Positions 1-12,739 of a DNA stretch of 64,000 bases are shown here, one piece after another. Position 1 is the stretch's first letter, and each line of letters opens with the position of its first letter. The stretch spans positions 24,979,821 through 25,043,820 of the forward strand of contig NC_092379.1 of assembly GCF_030028105.1 (NCBI RefSeq), in the 5' to 3' direction. The DNA is from Mobula birostris. Taxonomy: Eukaryota. The notes beneath the pieces were generated by a model. The model did no database searches, was not told the origin of the DNA, and saw nothing but the letters and a program-made list of their open reading frames with translations. The position numbers and the translations under genes are program-made.

Positions 1-290
1 AGCCATTGGTTATAAACGTGAACACTTAACAACTTCATCCCTTTGAATGCATCAGATATGGTTAGCATGAATACACTGTCAAAGTGATTTGAAGTTTTCC
101 CAGTAAATACTGCGGGCCAGGATTAGCGTGTTCTCTCAAATGTGTCACGTAAATTCCACAAAACGGTATTAGATACAACCGAGCAATGGAGAACACTATC
201 ATTTCAGACGATATTATTGCAAATGGATTAGAGTAGACGATATGCAAATTTAGAATATATGGGATACAATAACCCATATCTTCCACCATG
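1..290 (-). pseudogene. Possible decayed TCR V segment running off the left edge
   Basis: Minus strand gives L-L-G-C-I-* (FR1 Cys), then in a shifted frame H-L-R-E-H-A-N-P-G-P-Q-Y-L-L (like FR2 WYRQ..GPQYLL), then S-D-A-F-K-G (like start of FR3). Frameshifted; judged by eye. Confidence 0.4.
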
Positions 291-959
291 CCTCAACCAT
301 CTTTTTAACGGAATGGCTCGACAACAACACACCATCTTGTGTGCCCCGAAATAGTTTCCTCTGTTAGAGACTACTATCATCCATACAGTTTCATCTATCA
401 GTACCAGAGTAATTACAACAAAAAACATGACAGAGATTTTTTTTTTTAATTCCATGTGATGAAGGAGAAGGAGGAGGAAGATGGGGAGATCAGTGCCGAG
501 AATAATAATACACATTTTGAAGTAATGGATGAGATCTTAATGAGGAATAAGGCGTATTTACCGAAGGCTTGAAGGCCTATACAGCAGGTTATGGAAAGAG
601 ACAAATGAAACAGTTCCTGGGGTCTTAACCACTATACTCCTGCGCTCAGTCGTCAGAAGTATGAGAAGTAACTAATATTGTTCTATTGTTTAGATATTAC
701 CATGGAAACCATAGACCGGTCTCACATCAGGAATAGGGAATATGCTGGAGGGAATTCTTATGGAGATGATCAATAAGCAATACCATTTCGTAATTAGTGC
801 GAGTCAGCATCGCTTTGTGCTGTGTAAGTAATGTCTTACTAAGTATACAGATATTGTTTTCTTTTAATATACGGAAATGTGAAGACTGTGATCGATGAGC
901 AACAGCTGGTGGTGTTGTGATAGTGTAAATTACTGGGAAAGGAAAGAACGGAATACAGA

Positions 960-1760
960 TCAGTGGCAGATATGAGCAGAACAATGGAGAATTGCACTTA
1001 ACTCTGCAGTTTGTTAGAGGAAATCTAAAGAGACAACACACTCTTCATGACAGGGCAATTAGGAGCGTTGATGAGCACAGACATCTCGGGAAGAAGTTCA
1101 TAGCTCCATGAACGGGCCTACAGAGTTTGATAGGTTGTTTGAAAAGATATATGGTAGTTTGCCTTTATTCTTTGAGACATTGTATTCAGACGTCACGAAG
1201 TCACATTGCAGCTTTACGAAATTCCATTTAGGACGCACATGAATTATTCATTCAGTTCTGGTTACCCCGTTAAAGGAAAGACGTCGCGGCTTTGAGGACG
1301 TTGTGGAAAGTACTTGCAAAGATATTGCTTCGATTAGAGGGCACTTAGTAGTACAAGAGATTGGATAAAGGTTGGTTGTTTTATCTGGAGTGACAGAAGC
1401 TGAAGGGAGATGAATAGAGATTTATAAGTTTATGAAAGGCTTAAATAAGTAGGAGAACCACATATTTTTCCCTGGTCTGAATTGTCGAATACCCCTGGGC
1501 ATTCATTTAACGTGGGACAGGGTAATTTTCAAGGAAATGTGAGAGGCGAGTATTATCTGTTAACAGATTTTGATGTTTGAAATACACTGACTGGTGTAGT
1601 GATAGAGGCAGATGCAGGAGGGACTTCTAAGAGACGTTTAGATTAGAACATAAATGTTAGGAAAAAAGAAGGATATGGACATTGTGCCGGCATAACAGAA
1701 TACTTTAGTTGTCCATTTGATTACTAATTAACTGTTTGAATACAATATTTTGGGTAGAAG
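960..1760 (+). mobile_element. Old degenerate CR1 LINE 3' fragment
   Basis: Decayed similarity to the RT C-terminus and 3' UTR of the younger CR1 copies in this window; no open frame. Confidence 0.6.
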
Positions 1761-2319
1761 GACCTATTCCTCAAATGCACTGTTCTATGCTGAAGTAAAA
1801 ATTGAAGTTCAATAGTTATTCAACCAGACATTGATTCCCATGACACAACCTTGGGTCCAAGGTGTAAAACACAGTACCAACATTGCTGCTTTTTGTTGCC
1901 TTATCTTAGTTTTCAAAATCCTCTAATCCTCTAAATTTCTAAATATTTGCTCATCTTATGCTCGCTCTTTATTTTTGTTTTGCCATTCTCTTCCTTTATC
2001 AGACGCTCTCTATATTTCTTTTGTGTCTTTCTCTTCCTTTATCAGCTACGATTACTTAATTGATCTATGATCAAACAGAAGATGCTCAACAAAACCGTCG
2101 CGTATGCATTCTATAAATTCTACCTCTTGGGATGCAGTTGCAACCTGGTTTTGCCAATCTATCTGCATATTGAAATACCCCATGACTATCGAAACACTGC
2201 CGATTTTACATGTCATTAATATATCCCGTTATCATTTGCCCACCATCGTGGCTACTTTTCGGAGGCTATACTGCCATCAGAGTATTTTTACCCTTGCAAT
2301 TTCTTAACTATATCCATAA

Positions 2320-2600
2320 GGATTCTTGATCCTATGTCAACTCGTCAGAAGTATTTGATGCTGAAAGTTATACCTGCCCTTAACAATGCGCAATGATTGT
2401 TGTCAAACACAACGCTGTCTCTGCGTAGGCAACTGTACAATTGGAACCACTTTCCAATATCAATATTCCGCGGTCTTTTACTTCTCAGATTATGTAGTGG
2501 AATGGTTGTGGAGACATGGTGTTAAGATCTCAGACAAAATCATGAATCAAAAAGTTGAGTATAGTGCGACAGGTGTCTTGAGATGCGTAAACGTCATTGC
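2320..2600 (+). pseudogene. Possible NAR-type V relic
   Basis: ORF 2386-2661 contains KIMNQKVEYSAT, resembling the FR3 of the NAR-type Vs here (KTINLLVTDSATYFC, KIMKLVVKDNDTYLC), plus NCTIGTT upstream. No convincing RSS. Confidence 0.3.
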
Positions 2601-3173
2601 ACACATTATCGTTGGAACGCCTTCTGTTATAGTATTCAAGTTATTAGTGAGACTTGGTTGAAGAGGGGCATAACTGGCAGCTCCCTGGACGGGGAGGAGA
2701 ATTAAAGAAGGACGGGTGGTTACTATATAGGGAAAATGACAGGAAGGACTGGATAACTTGTGAGGTGAGGCGTTATGGGTGGGATTGAGTGATAATAAAC
2801 ATATAAACACGTTAACGTGGTAAATTACAAACAACCCAACAGTCCGAAGAGTTTAGAGTAACATGTTTGCTAGGAGATCGCGGACAGTTGCAAGAAAATA
2901 AAATAAACAATTCTGTTATAGAAAGTGACTTTATTTTTTTTGCATGCTGGCTGCAATTCCGATAATTTAAATTTATTATATGGGATATAATTTGTCAAAA
3001 ATGTTTAGAAAAAAAAGTTTATTTAATCAGTACTATCAAGTCCCAACGAGAAAGGGTGCGATACTATATCTGACATGGAATGTGATAGGAAGGTGATGGA
3101 AGTAACTTTAGAGGATCACTTTGTACGTAGTGTTCACAATCCCGTTAGCTTCAAAATAAATGTGCAAGCCGAT

Positions 3174-3679
3174 AGTTCTGGTCACCTCACTATAGGAAGG
3201 ATGTGGAAGCATTGGAAAGGGTACAGAGGAGATTTACCACGATGTTGCCTGGTTTAGAAAGTATGCATTATGATCAGAGATTAAGGGAGCTAGGGCTTTA
3301 TTCTTTGGAGAGAAGGAGGATGAGAGAAACATGATAGAGGTGTACAAGATAATAAGAGGAATAGATAGAGTGGATAGCCAGCGCTTCTTCCCCAGGGCAC
3401 CACTGCTCAATACAAGAGGGCATGGCTTTAAGGTAAGGGATGGGAAGTTCAAGGGGGATATTAGAGGAAAGTTTTTTACTCAGAGACTGGTTGGTGCGTG
3501 GAATGCACTGCCTGAGTCAAAGGTGGAGGCAGATACCATCTAGTGAAGTTTAAGAGACTACTAGACAGGTATATGGAGGAATCTAAGGTGGGGGCTTATA
3601 TGGGAGGCAGGGTTTGAAGGTCGGCAAAACATTGTGGGCAGAAGTGCCTGTACTGTGCGTACTATTCTATGTTCTATGT
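3174..3679 (+). mobile_element. CR1 LINE 3' end (5'-truncated)
   Basis: Encodes MIEVYKIIRGIDRVDSQRFFPRAPLLNTRGHGFKV (CR1 ORF2 C-terminus) and ends in a TTCTATG-type tail at ~3663-3679. Confidence 0.9.
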
Positions 3680-6300
3680 TCCATACCTGTCTAGTAATCT
3701 CTTAAACTTCACTAGTGTATCTGCCTTCACCACTGACTCAGGCAGTGCATTCCAGGCACCAAACACTCTCTGAGTAAAAAACCTTCCTCTAATATCCCCT
3801 TGAACTTCCCACCCCTTACCTTAAAGCCATCTCCTCTTGTATTGTGCAGTGGTGCACTGGGGAAGAGGCGCTGGCTATCCACTCTATCTATTCCTCTTAT
3901 TATCTTGTACACCTCTATCATGTCTCTTCTCATCTTCCTTCTCTCCAAAGAGTAAAGCCCCTGTTCCCTTAATCTCTGATCATATTGCATATTTTCTAAA
4001 CCAGGCAGCATCCTGGTAAATCTCCTCTGTACCCTTTTCAATTCTTCCACATCCTTCCTATACTGAGGTGACCAGAACAGGACACAGTACTCCAAATGTG
4101 GCCTAACCAGGTTTTTATAGAGCTGAATCATTACATCGCGATTTTTAAACTCTATCCCTCGATGTATGAAAGCTAACACCCCATGAGCTTTCTTAACTAA
4201 CCTATCCACCTGTGAGGCAACTTTCAGGGATCTGTGGACATGTACCCCGAGATCCCTCTGCTCCTCCACACTACCAACTATCCTGCCATTTACTTTGTAC
4301 TCTGCCTTGGAGTTTGTCCTTTCAAAGTGTACCACCTCACACTTCTCTGGGTTGAACTCCATCTGCCACCTTTCAGCCCACTTCTGCATCCTATCAATGT
4401 TTTCTACAATCTTTGGCGCTCTTCTACACTATCTACAACACCACTAACCTTTGTGTCGTCTGCAAACTTGCCAACTCCCCCCCCCCCTTCTACTCCCAAA
4501 TCCAGGTCGTTAATTAAAATCACGAAACTTAGTGGTCCCGGAACAGACGCTTGTGGGACACCACCAGTCACAATCCTCCAATCTGAATGTTCTCTCTCTA
4601 CCACTACCACCACCCTCTGTCTTCTGCAGGAAACCCAATTCTGAATCCCCCTGGCCAAACGTCCCTGGATCCCATCACTTCTAACTTTCCGAATAGGCCT
4701 ACGGTGTGGAACCTTCTCAAATGCTTTGCTAGAATCCATATAGATCACATCCACTGCACTACCCTCATCTATATGCCTGGTCACCTCCTCAAAGAACTCT
4801 ATCAGGCTTGTTAGACACGATCTGCCCTTCACAAAACCATGCTGACTGTCCCTGATGAGACCATGATTCTCTAAATGCCTGTAGATCCTATCTCTAAGAA
4901 TCTTTTCCAACAGCTTTCCCACCACAGACGTAATTACCCGGACAATCCCTACTACTTTTTTTTTGAACAAGGGGACAGCTTTCACTTCCCTCCAATCCTC
5001 CGGTACCATTCCCGTGGACAACAGGCATAAAGATCCTAGCCAGAGGCACAGCAATCTCTTCTCTCGCCTCCTGGAGCAGCCTGGGGAATATTCCTCAGGC
5101 CCCGGGGACTTATCTGTCCTAATGTATTTTAACAACTCCAACACATCCACTCCCTTAATATCAACATGCTCCAGAACATCAACTTCACTCATATTGTCCT
5201 CACCATCATCAAGTTCCCTCTCATTGGTGAATACCGAAGAAAAATATTCATTGCGGACCTCGCTCATTTCCACAGCCTCCAGGCACATATTCCCACCTTT
5301 ATCTCTAATCGGTCCTAACATCACTCCTGTCATCCTTTTTTTCTTCACATAATTGAGGAATACATTAGAGTTTTCCTTTCAGTTGTTCGTCCATCGTTGA
5401 CGTCGATGAGGACCTCGACACCATAATGATGGTGTCGAGATTCGCGCGTGATTTGGATATATGTGAGGGAGAGTTGCGCAGCGTCAGCTTCACTCTTTCG
5501 TCCCAATTCCCATCTGGGTCCAGTGGCAAGGCAGAGTCTAGACGGCTGGAGATGGGCCTCGGCGCAGTGGATGACCAGGACGTCTTCTGTGTCTTGTCCT
5601 ACTCTACACGGGCAACGACGCTTGCAGAGACCGCCTTCTTGACCGTTGGACCTTCCATTGGTCTCGTCCGCTCAATCCGCCGAAGTCTGTCCTCACATGC
5701 TGGGGTAGATAACTCCCTATCTCACCGAGGGTTCAAGACCCATCTGCTACCCTCACCTGGTTTAGCCGGCTTGTCGAAGCCGTTGCCCTGGCTGTGGCTG
5801 CTGTCGCATGCAAACAGCTACGGGGAGCCACAGGTGAGAGGTGAGTGCCAGGTGGGGACCAAAGGTGGACTAACCGCCCTGAAAAGGACGCGACATGTTC
5901 CCCCACCAGAGGTGCTACCCTACCCTGACACCCCATATACCCCAGGGTTTTCCTTTACCTTACACACCAAGGCATGGCCTTCTCATGCCTCCTTCTTGCT
6001 CTTCTCAGAGCCTTCTTAAGCTCCGTTCTTGCTTCCCTATATTCCTCAATAGACCCATCTGATCCTTGCTTCCTAAAGCTCATGTATGCTGCCTTCTTCC
6101 ACCTGACTAGATTTTCAACCTCACTTGTCACCCCATGGTTCCTTCACCCTACCATTCTTTATCTTCCTCATCGGGACAAATTTATCCCTAACATCCCTCA
6201 AGACATCGCTAAACATCAGCCACATGTATATAGTAAATGTCCCTGCAAAAGCACCATCCCAATTCACACCCGCTGTTCTTTCTGAGCAGCATCTTTGAAT
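3680..6300 (-). mobile_element. CR1 LINE ORF2 (RT) fragment, interrupted by an RTE-derived insert
   Basis: ORFs 4404-5348 and 3727-4389 carry CR1 RT motifs (QHGFVKGRSCLTSLIEFFEE, GVPQASV, KFADDTK, RPHLEYC). CR1 sequence resumes after 5956. Confidence 0.9.
5380..5943 (-). mobile_element. Non-autonomous RTE-clade-derived retroposon (~560 bp) with TSD
   Basis: Flanked by AG(A/G)GTTTTCCTTT at 5367-5379 and 5944-5956. GC/CpG-rich, with an 11-bp stem-loop at 5414-5439 and a GATGGACGAACAAC 3' end. Assignment to RTE rests on recalled resemblance to RTE 5' UTR/3' end sequences, not on a search. Confidence 0.7.
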
Positions 6301-6369
6301 TACGAATGACCCCACCCATAGTCAATATTCTTCAGATATTTTCTGCCTGATGTCAGTGGTCCAAGTCTT

Positions 6370-9300
6370 ATGATAGAACATATAGAACACAAAACATAGA
6401 ACATAGAATAGTAGAGCGGATTACAGGCCCTTCGGCCCACAATGTTATACCGACCCTCAAACCCTGCCTCTCATATAACCCCCTCCATAAATTCCTCCAT
6501 ATATCTGTCTAGTAGTATTTTAAACTTCATAGTGTTTCTGCCTCCACCACTGACCCAGCAGTACATTCCACGCACCAACCACTCTCTGATGAAAAAAAAA
6601 CTTCCTCTAATATCACCCTTGAACTTCCCACACCTTCCGTTAAAGCAATGTCCTCTTGTATCGAGCAGTGGTGCCATGGGGAAGAGGTGCTGGCTGTCCA
6701 CTACATCTCTTCCTCTTCTTATCTTGTACACCTCTATCATGCCTCCTCTCATCCTCCTTCTCTCCAAAGGGTAAAGCCCTAGCTCCCTTAATCTATGATC
6801 ATAATGCATACTTTCTAAACCAGGCAGCATCCTGGTAAATCTGCTCTGTACCCTTTCCAATGGTTCCACATCCTTCCTATAGTGAGGCGACCAGAATTGG
6901 ACACAGTACTACAAGAGTGGCTTAACCAGAGTTTTATAGAGCTGCATTATTACATCTCTACTCTTAAACTCTGTCCCTCGACTTACGAAAGCTAACACCC
7001 CATATAGCTTTCTTAACTACCCTATCCACCTGTGAGGCAACTTTCAGGGATCTGTGGACATGTACCCCGAGATCCCTCTGCTCCTCCAGACTACCATGTA
7101 TCTTGCCATTTACTGTGTTCTTTACCTTAGAGTTTGTCCTTCTAAACTGTACCACCTCACACTTCTCTGGGTTGAACTCCATCTGCCACTTCTAGCCCAC
7201 TTCTGCATCCCACCAATGTCTCTCTCTAATCCTGGACAGTCCTCTACACTATCTACAACACCACCAACCATTGGGTTGTCTGTAAACTTGCCAACCAATC
7301 CATCTACCCCCACATCCAGGTCGCTAATAAAAAATACGAAAACTAGACGTCCCAGAACAGATCCTTGTGGGTCACCAGCAGTCACAATCGTCCAATCTGA
7401 ATGTACTCCTTCCACTACGACCCACAGCCTTCTACAGGCAAGCTAATTCTGAATTCACCTGGCCAACTTCCCTGGATCCCATGCCTTCTGACTTTCTGAA
7501 TAAGCCTACCGTGTGGAACCTTCTCAAATCCCTTACTAAAATACATATAGGTCACATCCACTGCACTACCCTCATCTATATGCCTCGTCATCTCCTCAAA
7601 GAACTCGATAGACCTGCTAGACAGGATCTGCTCTTCACAAATCGATGCTGATTGTTCCTCGTCAGACCATGATTAGTTAAGTGTCCATGGATCCTATCTC
7701 TAAGAATATTTTCCAACAGTTCTCCGACCACAGATGTAAGGCTCTGTGGTCTATAAATACCCGGTCTATCCCTACTAACTTTTATGAACAAAGAGACAAC
7801 ATCCGCCTGCCTCCAATCCTCCGGTACCATTCCTGCGGACAACGAGAACATAAAGATCCTCGCCAGAGGTTCAGCAATCTCTTCCCTTGCCACGTAGAGC
7901 AGCCTGGGGAATATTCGGTCAGGCCCCGGGGACTTATCTGTCCTAATGTATTTTAACAAATCCAACAGCTCTTCTCCCTTAATATCAGCATGCTCCAGGA
8001 CATCAACCTCACACATATTGTCCTCACCATCATCAAGTTCCCCCTCATTGGTGAAAACCGAAGAGAAGTATTCATTGAGGAACTCGCTCACTTCCACAGC
8101 CTCCAGACACGTCTTTCCTCCTTTATCTCTAATCGGTCCTACCTTCACTACGGTCATCCTTTTGTTCCTTACATAATTGAAAATAGCCTTGGGGTTTTCC
8201 TTTACCCCACTCACCAAGGCCTCCTGATGCCCCCTTCTTGTTCTTCTCAGCCCCTTCTTAAGCTCCTCTCTTGCTTACCTATATTCCTCAATAGACCCAT
8301 CTGATCCTTGCTTCCTAAACCTCATGTATGCTGCCCTCTTCCACCTGACTAGATTTTCCACGTCACTTGTCACCCATGGTTCCTTCACCCTACCATTCTT
8401 TATCTTCCTCACCGGGATATATTTATCCCTATCATCCTGCAAGAGATCTCTAAGCATTGACCACATGTCCATAGTACACTTCCCTGCAAAAACATTATCC
8501 CAGTTCACACCCGCAAGTCCCAGCCTTATACCCTCATAATTTGCCCTTCCCCATTTTTTTTTTCTTCTCCTATCTGATTCTATCCTTTTACATGATAACT
8601 ATAAAGGCCAGGGAGCGGTGGTCACTGTCCCCCAGATGCTTGCCCAATGAGAGATCTGTGACCTGACCCGGTTCATTACCTCGCACTAGATCTAGTATGG
8701 CATTCCCCTGGTCGGCCTGTCCACATAATGTGACAGGAATCCGTCCTGGACAAACTTAACAAACTCTGCCCCATCGAAACCCTTGGAAATAATCAGGTGT
8801 CAATCAACATTAGGGAAATTAAAGTCACCCATGATAACAACACTGTTATGTTTGCATCTTTACAAAATCTGCTTCCCAATCTGCTCCTCTGTGTCTCTGC
8901 TGCTACCAGGGAGCTGAAAGAATACCCCCAATAGAGTAAATGCTCCTTTCCTGTTCCTGACTTCCACACATACTGACTCAAAAGAGGATCCTGCTACATT
9001 ATCTACCCTGTTTGTAGCTGTAATAGTATCCCTGATCTGTAATGCCATACCTCCTCCTTCCCCCTCCCCACGCACATCCCTTTTAAAGTACCGAAATCCA
9101 GGAATATTGAGAATCCATTCCTGTCCTGGTACCTGTCAAGTCTCTGTAGTGGCCAGTACATCATAATTGCATGTATTTATCCAAGATTTCAGTTCAATAC
9201 CTTTGTTCCTGAGGCCTCTTGCATTGATACACACACCTCAGCACTTCTACATTACTACCTTTACACCGTTTAGTCTGCTTCTCTTTCCTCAAAGCCTCTC

Positions 9301-9850
9301 TATATCTTAGATATGGCATTACTCCATGCACTTCTTTCATTGCTGTATCGGTCCGCGTCCCATCTCCCTTGCAAATTAGTTTAAACCCTCTCGAACCACG
9401 CTAGCAAACCTACCTGCAAGCATATTGCTTCCCCCTCGAGTTCGGGTGCAACCCATCCAATCTGTACAGCTCCCAGCTTCCCCGGAATATATCCCAATGA
9501 TCCAAAAATCCAAAACCCTTCTCCCTGCACCAACTCCTCAGGCACACTTTATAACTGCCATCTCCTCCAATTGCTACCATTACTAAACGCCACACTTTAG
9601 GTCCTGTTCTTCAGCCTTCTGCCTAGTTTCCGAAACTCTCAATTCAGGACCTCATCCCTCTTCCTGCCTATGTCGTTGGTACCAACATGTATCACGACTT
9701 CTTATTGATTTCTCTCTCGTACCAGGATGCCGTGCACCCGGTCAGAGACATCCAGGACTCTGGCACCCGCGAGGCAACAAACCATGCGGGTGTCCTTCTC
9801 ACGTCCACAAAATCTCCTGTCTGCAGCCCTGACTATAGTAAACACAAAAT
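6370..9850 (-). mobile_element. CR1 LINE, 3' tail through ORF2 into ORF1 esterase, frameshifted
   Basis: (CTATGTT)-like tail at ~6372-6410. RT ORFs at 6471-8217, endonuclease fragments at 8275-9075, ORF1 SGNH-like fragments (RMVCCLAGARVLDVSDRV; LDGLHPN). Confidence 0.9.
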
Positions 9851-9859
9851 AATCAGCAG

Positions 9860-10895
9860 GTCCTGAAGTGTGAGTTTCGGGAACTAGGCATATCACCCGC
9901 ATCTCCTCCATTTCCTGCACTTCGGCCTTCACCCCATCCCCTCGCAACCACAATAGGGGCAGAGTCCCCTTGTTCTTACCTGCCACTCCACCAGCCTCCG
10001 GATCCAGCATATTATCCTCCACAACCTCTGCCACATTCAACAGGACCCCACACTAAGCACATATTTCCCTTTCCACCCCCCTCCGCTTTCCGCAGGGATC
10101 GGTTCCTCCACGACTCCCTTATCCACACGTCCATTCCCACTGATCTCCCACCCGGCATTATCCCTGTAAGCGTAAGTGCTACGCCTGTCCCTACACCTCA
10201 TCTGTGGCAACCATTTAGGGCACCAAACAGTCCTTCCAAGTGAGACAGCACTTCACTTGTGCGTCTGTTGGGGTCATCTATTGCATCCGGTGCTCCCAGT
10301 GCGGCCTCCTCTACATCGATGAAACCCGACGCAGATTGGGGGAGCACCTCGTTGAGCACCTCGACCGTGTCCGGCACAACAGACAGGATCCTCCGGTAGC
10401 CACCCACTTCAACTTTGCTTCCCATTCCATTTAGTTATGTCCATACATGACCTCCTCTACTGCCATGATGAGGCTAAGCTCACGTTAGAGGAGCAACACC
10501 TCATATACCGTGTAGGTATCTCCAACCCCTTCGTATGAACATAGAATTATCCAACTTCGGGTAATTACATAGCATTCTCCAACTTCCGGTAATTCCCTCC
10601 CACTCCCTTCCTCTATCCTTATTTCACTCCATACCCTCCCCCAGCTCCCTCATAGTTCCGCCCACTTCTTCTACTACCCATTGTTTTCAGGGCTTGGCGT
10701 CAATGCTTCCCCTCCCCCACCCCTTTGTCTTTCAAATTACTGGTCTATCAACTGACGCTACGCACATTCTTCAAATCCTTCCCCATCTTTCAGTCTTCAG
10801 TCCTGACGAAGAGTTCCGGCCCGAAACGTCGACTCATCGTTTCTGACTGATGCTCCCCTACCTGCTGAGTTCATCCAGCGTTCCGAAAGTGTTGT
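9860..10895 (+). mobile_element. Penelope-like element 3' part (GIY-YIG endonuclease + 3' repeat)
   Basis: ORF 10240-10434 FTCASVGVIYCIRCSQCGLLYIDETRRRLGEHLVEH matches the PLE GIY-YIG endonuclease. Followed by a pyrimidine-rich UTR and a hammerhead motif. Confidence 0.85.
10799..10834 (+). ncRNA. Minimal hammerhead ribozyme motif (PLE-type)
   Basis: AGTC-CTGACGA-agagttccggccc-GAAAC-GTC-GACT: both conserved core boxes, stem I AGTC/GACT, palindromic stem III, GUC cleavage triplet. Confidence 0.65.
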
Positions 10896-11464
10896 TTTGC
10901 CCTGACTATAGAGTCTCCAATGACGGCATGATGTTGACGATATACACCAGCTGCTCATATGACCATCGAACACCTGCGTCTATGGCTTCTCATGACCATG
11001 CGCGATTACAATGCTGTCCAACAAACTCTTAGCAGACTCTTAAGAATGTGATATCCCTTACGGCAATGTGACCTGCATGTTAGCAGGGGAAAATGGCGCT
11101 TTGGAAGAGATGTATATCATCCTTACAGATATGATAATCCATAATAATCGTGCAGATATGGTATTACAGGATATGCGAGCAAAACACCTCAGTTCATCGA
11201 TATAGCCTTTCAAACGCAAATAACATACGGAAATCAATACAATGAAGAGCATGGAAAATGGCATTAATCAGTTATGCCAACAGAGCAATATTTCTGTAAA
11301 TCTTCAGATACCCTCAATACAAAAGTCAACGACAATATTCCCTAAGTTCCAGATAATTGAAAACAAAAGTATTTCCTTTGCTATACGCGTAACTAAGGTG
11401 GGGGGGGGGACATCATAATTTAACATAGACGGTACCATAATCGGGTGTACCGATGGATATAGAA

Positions 11465-12075
11465 ATGACAAGGCTTCACTTTGTGTTTGTGTTTGCGTCG
11501 TGCTGTGTTTTTCACTTCAGTGTGATAGCGAGAGAGATGGCAATTACACATTATTCTGTAATTCTCACAACGAAGCATCTTAGCTTCACATATTTGGAAT
11601 AGTTTATATTTTTTATCTGCAGTATTCCTTTCCGAACTACAGCCTTATGGTGCTCAACGCACCATCGCAAGTTTAGCAGGATAACTATCAACAGATATAA
11701 TCTGCTGCTTATCCTGCACCGCCGATGCGGTTTCCTTCGGGAAGGAAAGATAAAAAAAAAAAAAAATAGGAAGTGTGAGTTGGCTGAAGATGTAAATTTG
11801 GCGTTGCCTCTGGCAGATATCAACTTTCCCAGATGGAAGGCGAGTTGTTCTCCAGGAGTCTGTTGGACAACTTTGTAATCGTGCATTATACCAGCACAGA
11901 CTGAAGGTAGAAATAAAATTAAGATGACAGGTCGCGGTAAATTGGCAGCCACTTCTCTGTTTTGAGCGCAGTTACTCTGCATTGCTGTCACCAATTATCT
12001 CTATGTTTTCTGGCAAACACAAATGGACCGTGCCGTGAACAGTGATGGCTGTGCATTGGATTTAAAACAAAAACA
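11465..12075 (+). pseudogene. Decayed TCR V segment with 23-type RSS relic
   Basis: Hydrophobic leader-like ATG ORF MTRLHFVFVFASCCVFHF at 11465 and acceptor AG at 11621-11622. 3' end CGT GCC GTG (like TGT GCC GTG, CAV), then AACAGTG (12038-44), 22-nt spacer and ACAAAAACA (12067-75). Confidence 0.45.
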
Positions 12076-12739
12076 TACAAATGCATGCGGGTGATTATTT
12101 CCTGGGAAAATCTTATTGTGCCCCATTTGCCTCGAAGAGGCAAACGTGTGGTGTTACATCTCCTGTTATTTCATAGAAAATGATGTAAGAAATATATATA
12201 TATATATATTTCTTGGTTACATTTTATGGAATCGCAAAATAAAGTACTTTTAAAGCAGTGAATCAAACCCAGAGCGCAGCGGTGAGACCATATCTTTATA
12301 GCCAAAAGGCAAGCAGGGAATGTACTTTAGTATGTCGAAGAATCACTGAACAATAGGCCTTTGCTATATTTACAAATTATAAGTTGGCGCCATTTGGCCC
12401 CAATCAAATCATCGATGGTATTCCGGTGTTTCTTTCAAGTAAAGACGGTGCCTAATACTGGCAGAGAGACAAGTTGTTGAATCAGCGGCAATTAACTGCT
12501 AAGCGTTTATCCATTCCCATCACCACTCACAGACTACAGCATGGCGGTATCACGGCCTTCTTCCCTTTCGCAGCGTCGGAGTTCGAAAGAAAATGCCGGC
12601 GTCCATTACAAACAAAAGAGTAACTTCATTTCCATGTGTGCAAAGGATTCCACCCGGTGCCCCGTTTTCTGCCAGAGTCCAAATACTTACCAGTGAGTAC
12701 CGATAATTGTAAACTGTCCCGTAAATAAGCTAGAGTTAA

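Noticed and set aside
5426-6019. 197-aa ORF
   Set aside because: Antisense reading of a GC-rich non-coding RTE-derived insert running into CR1; no domain recognised.
11551-11994. 147-aa minus-strand ORF with VVQQTPG
   Set aside because: No conserved Cys/Trp pattern; the region is better explained by a plus-strand V relic with RSS.
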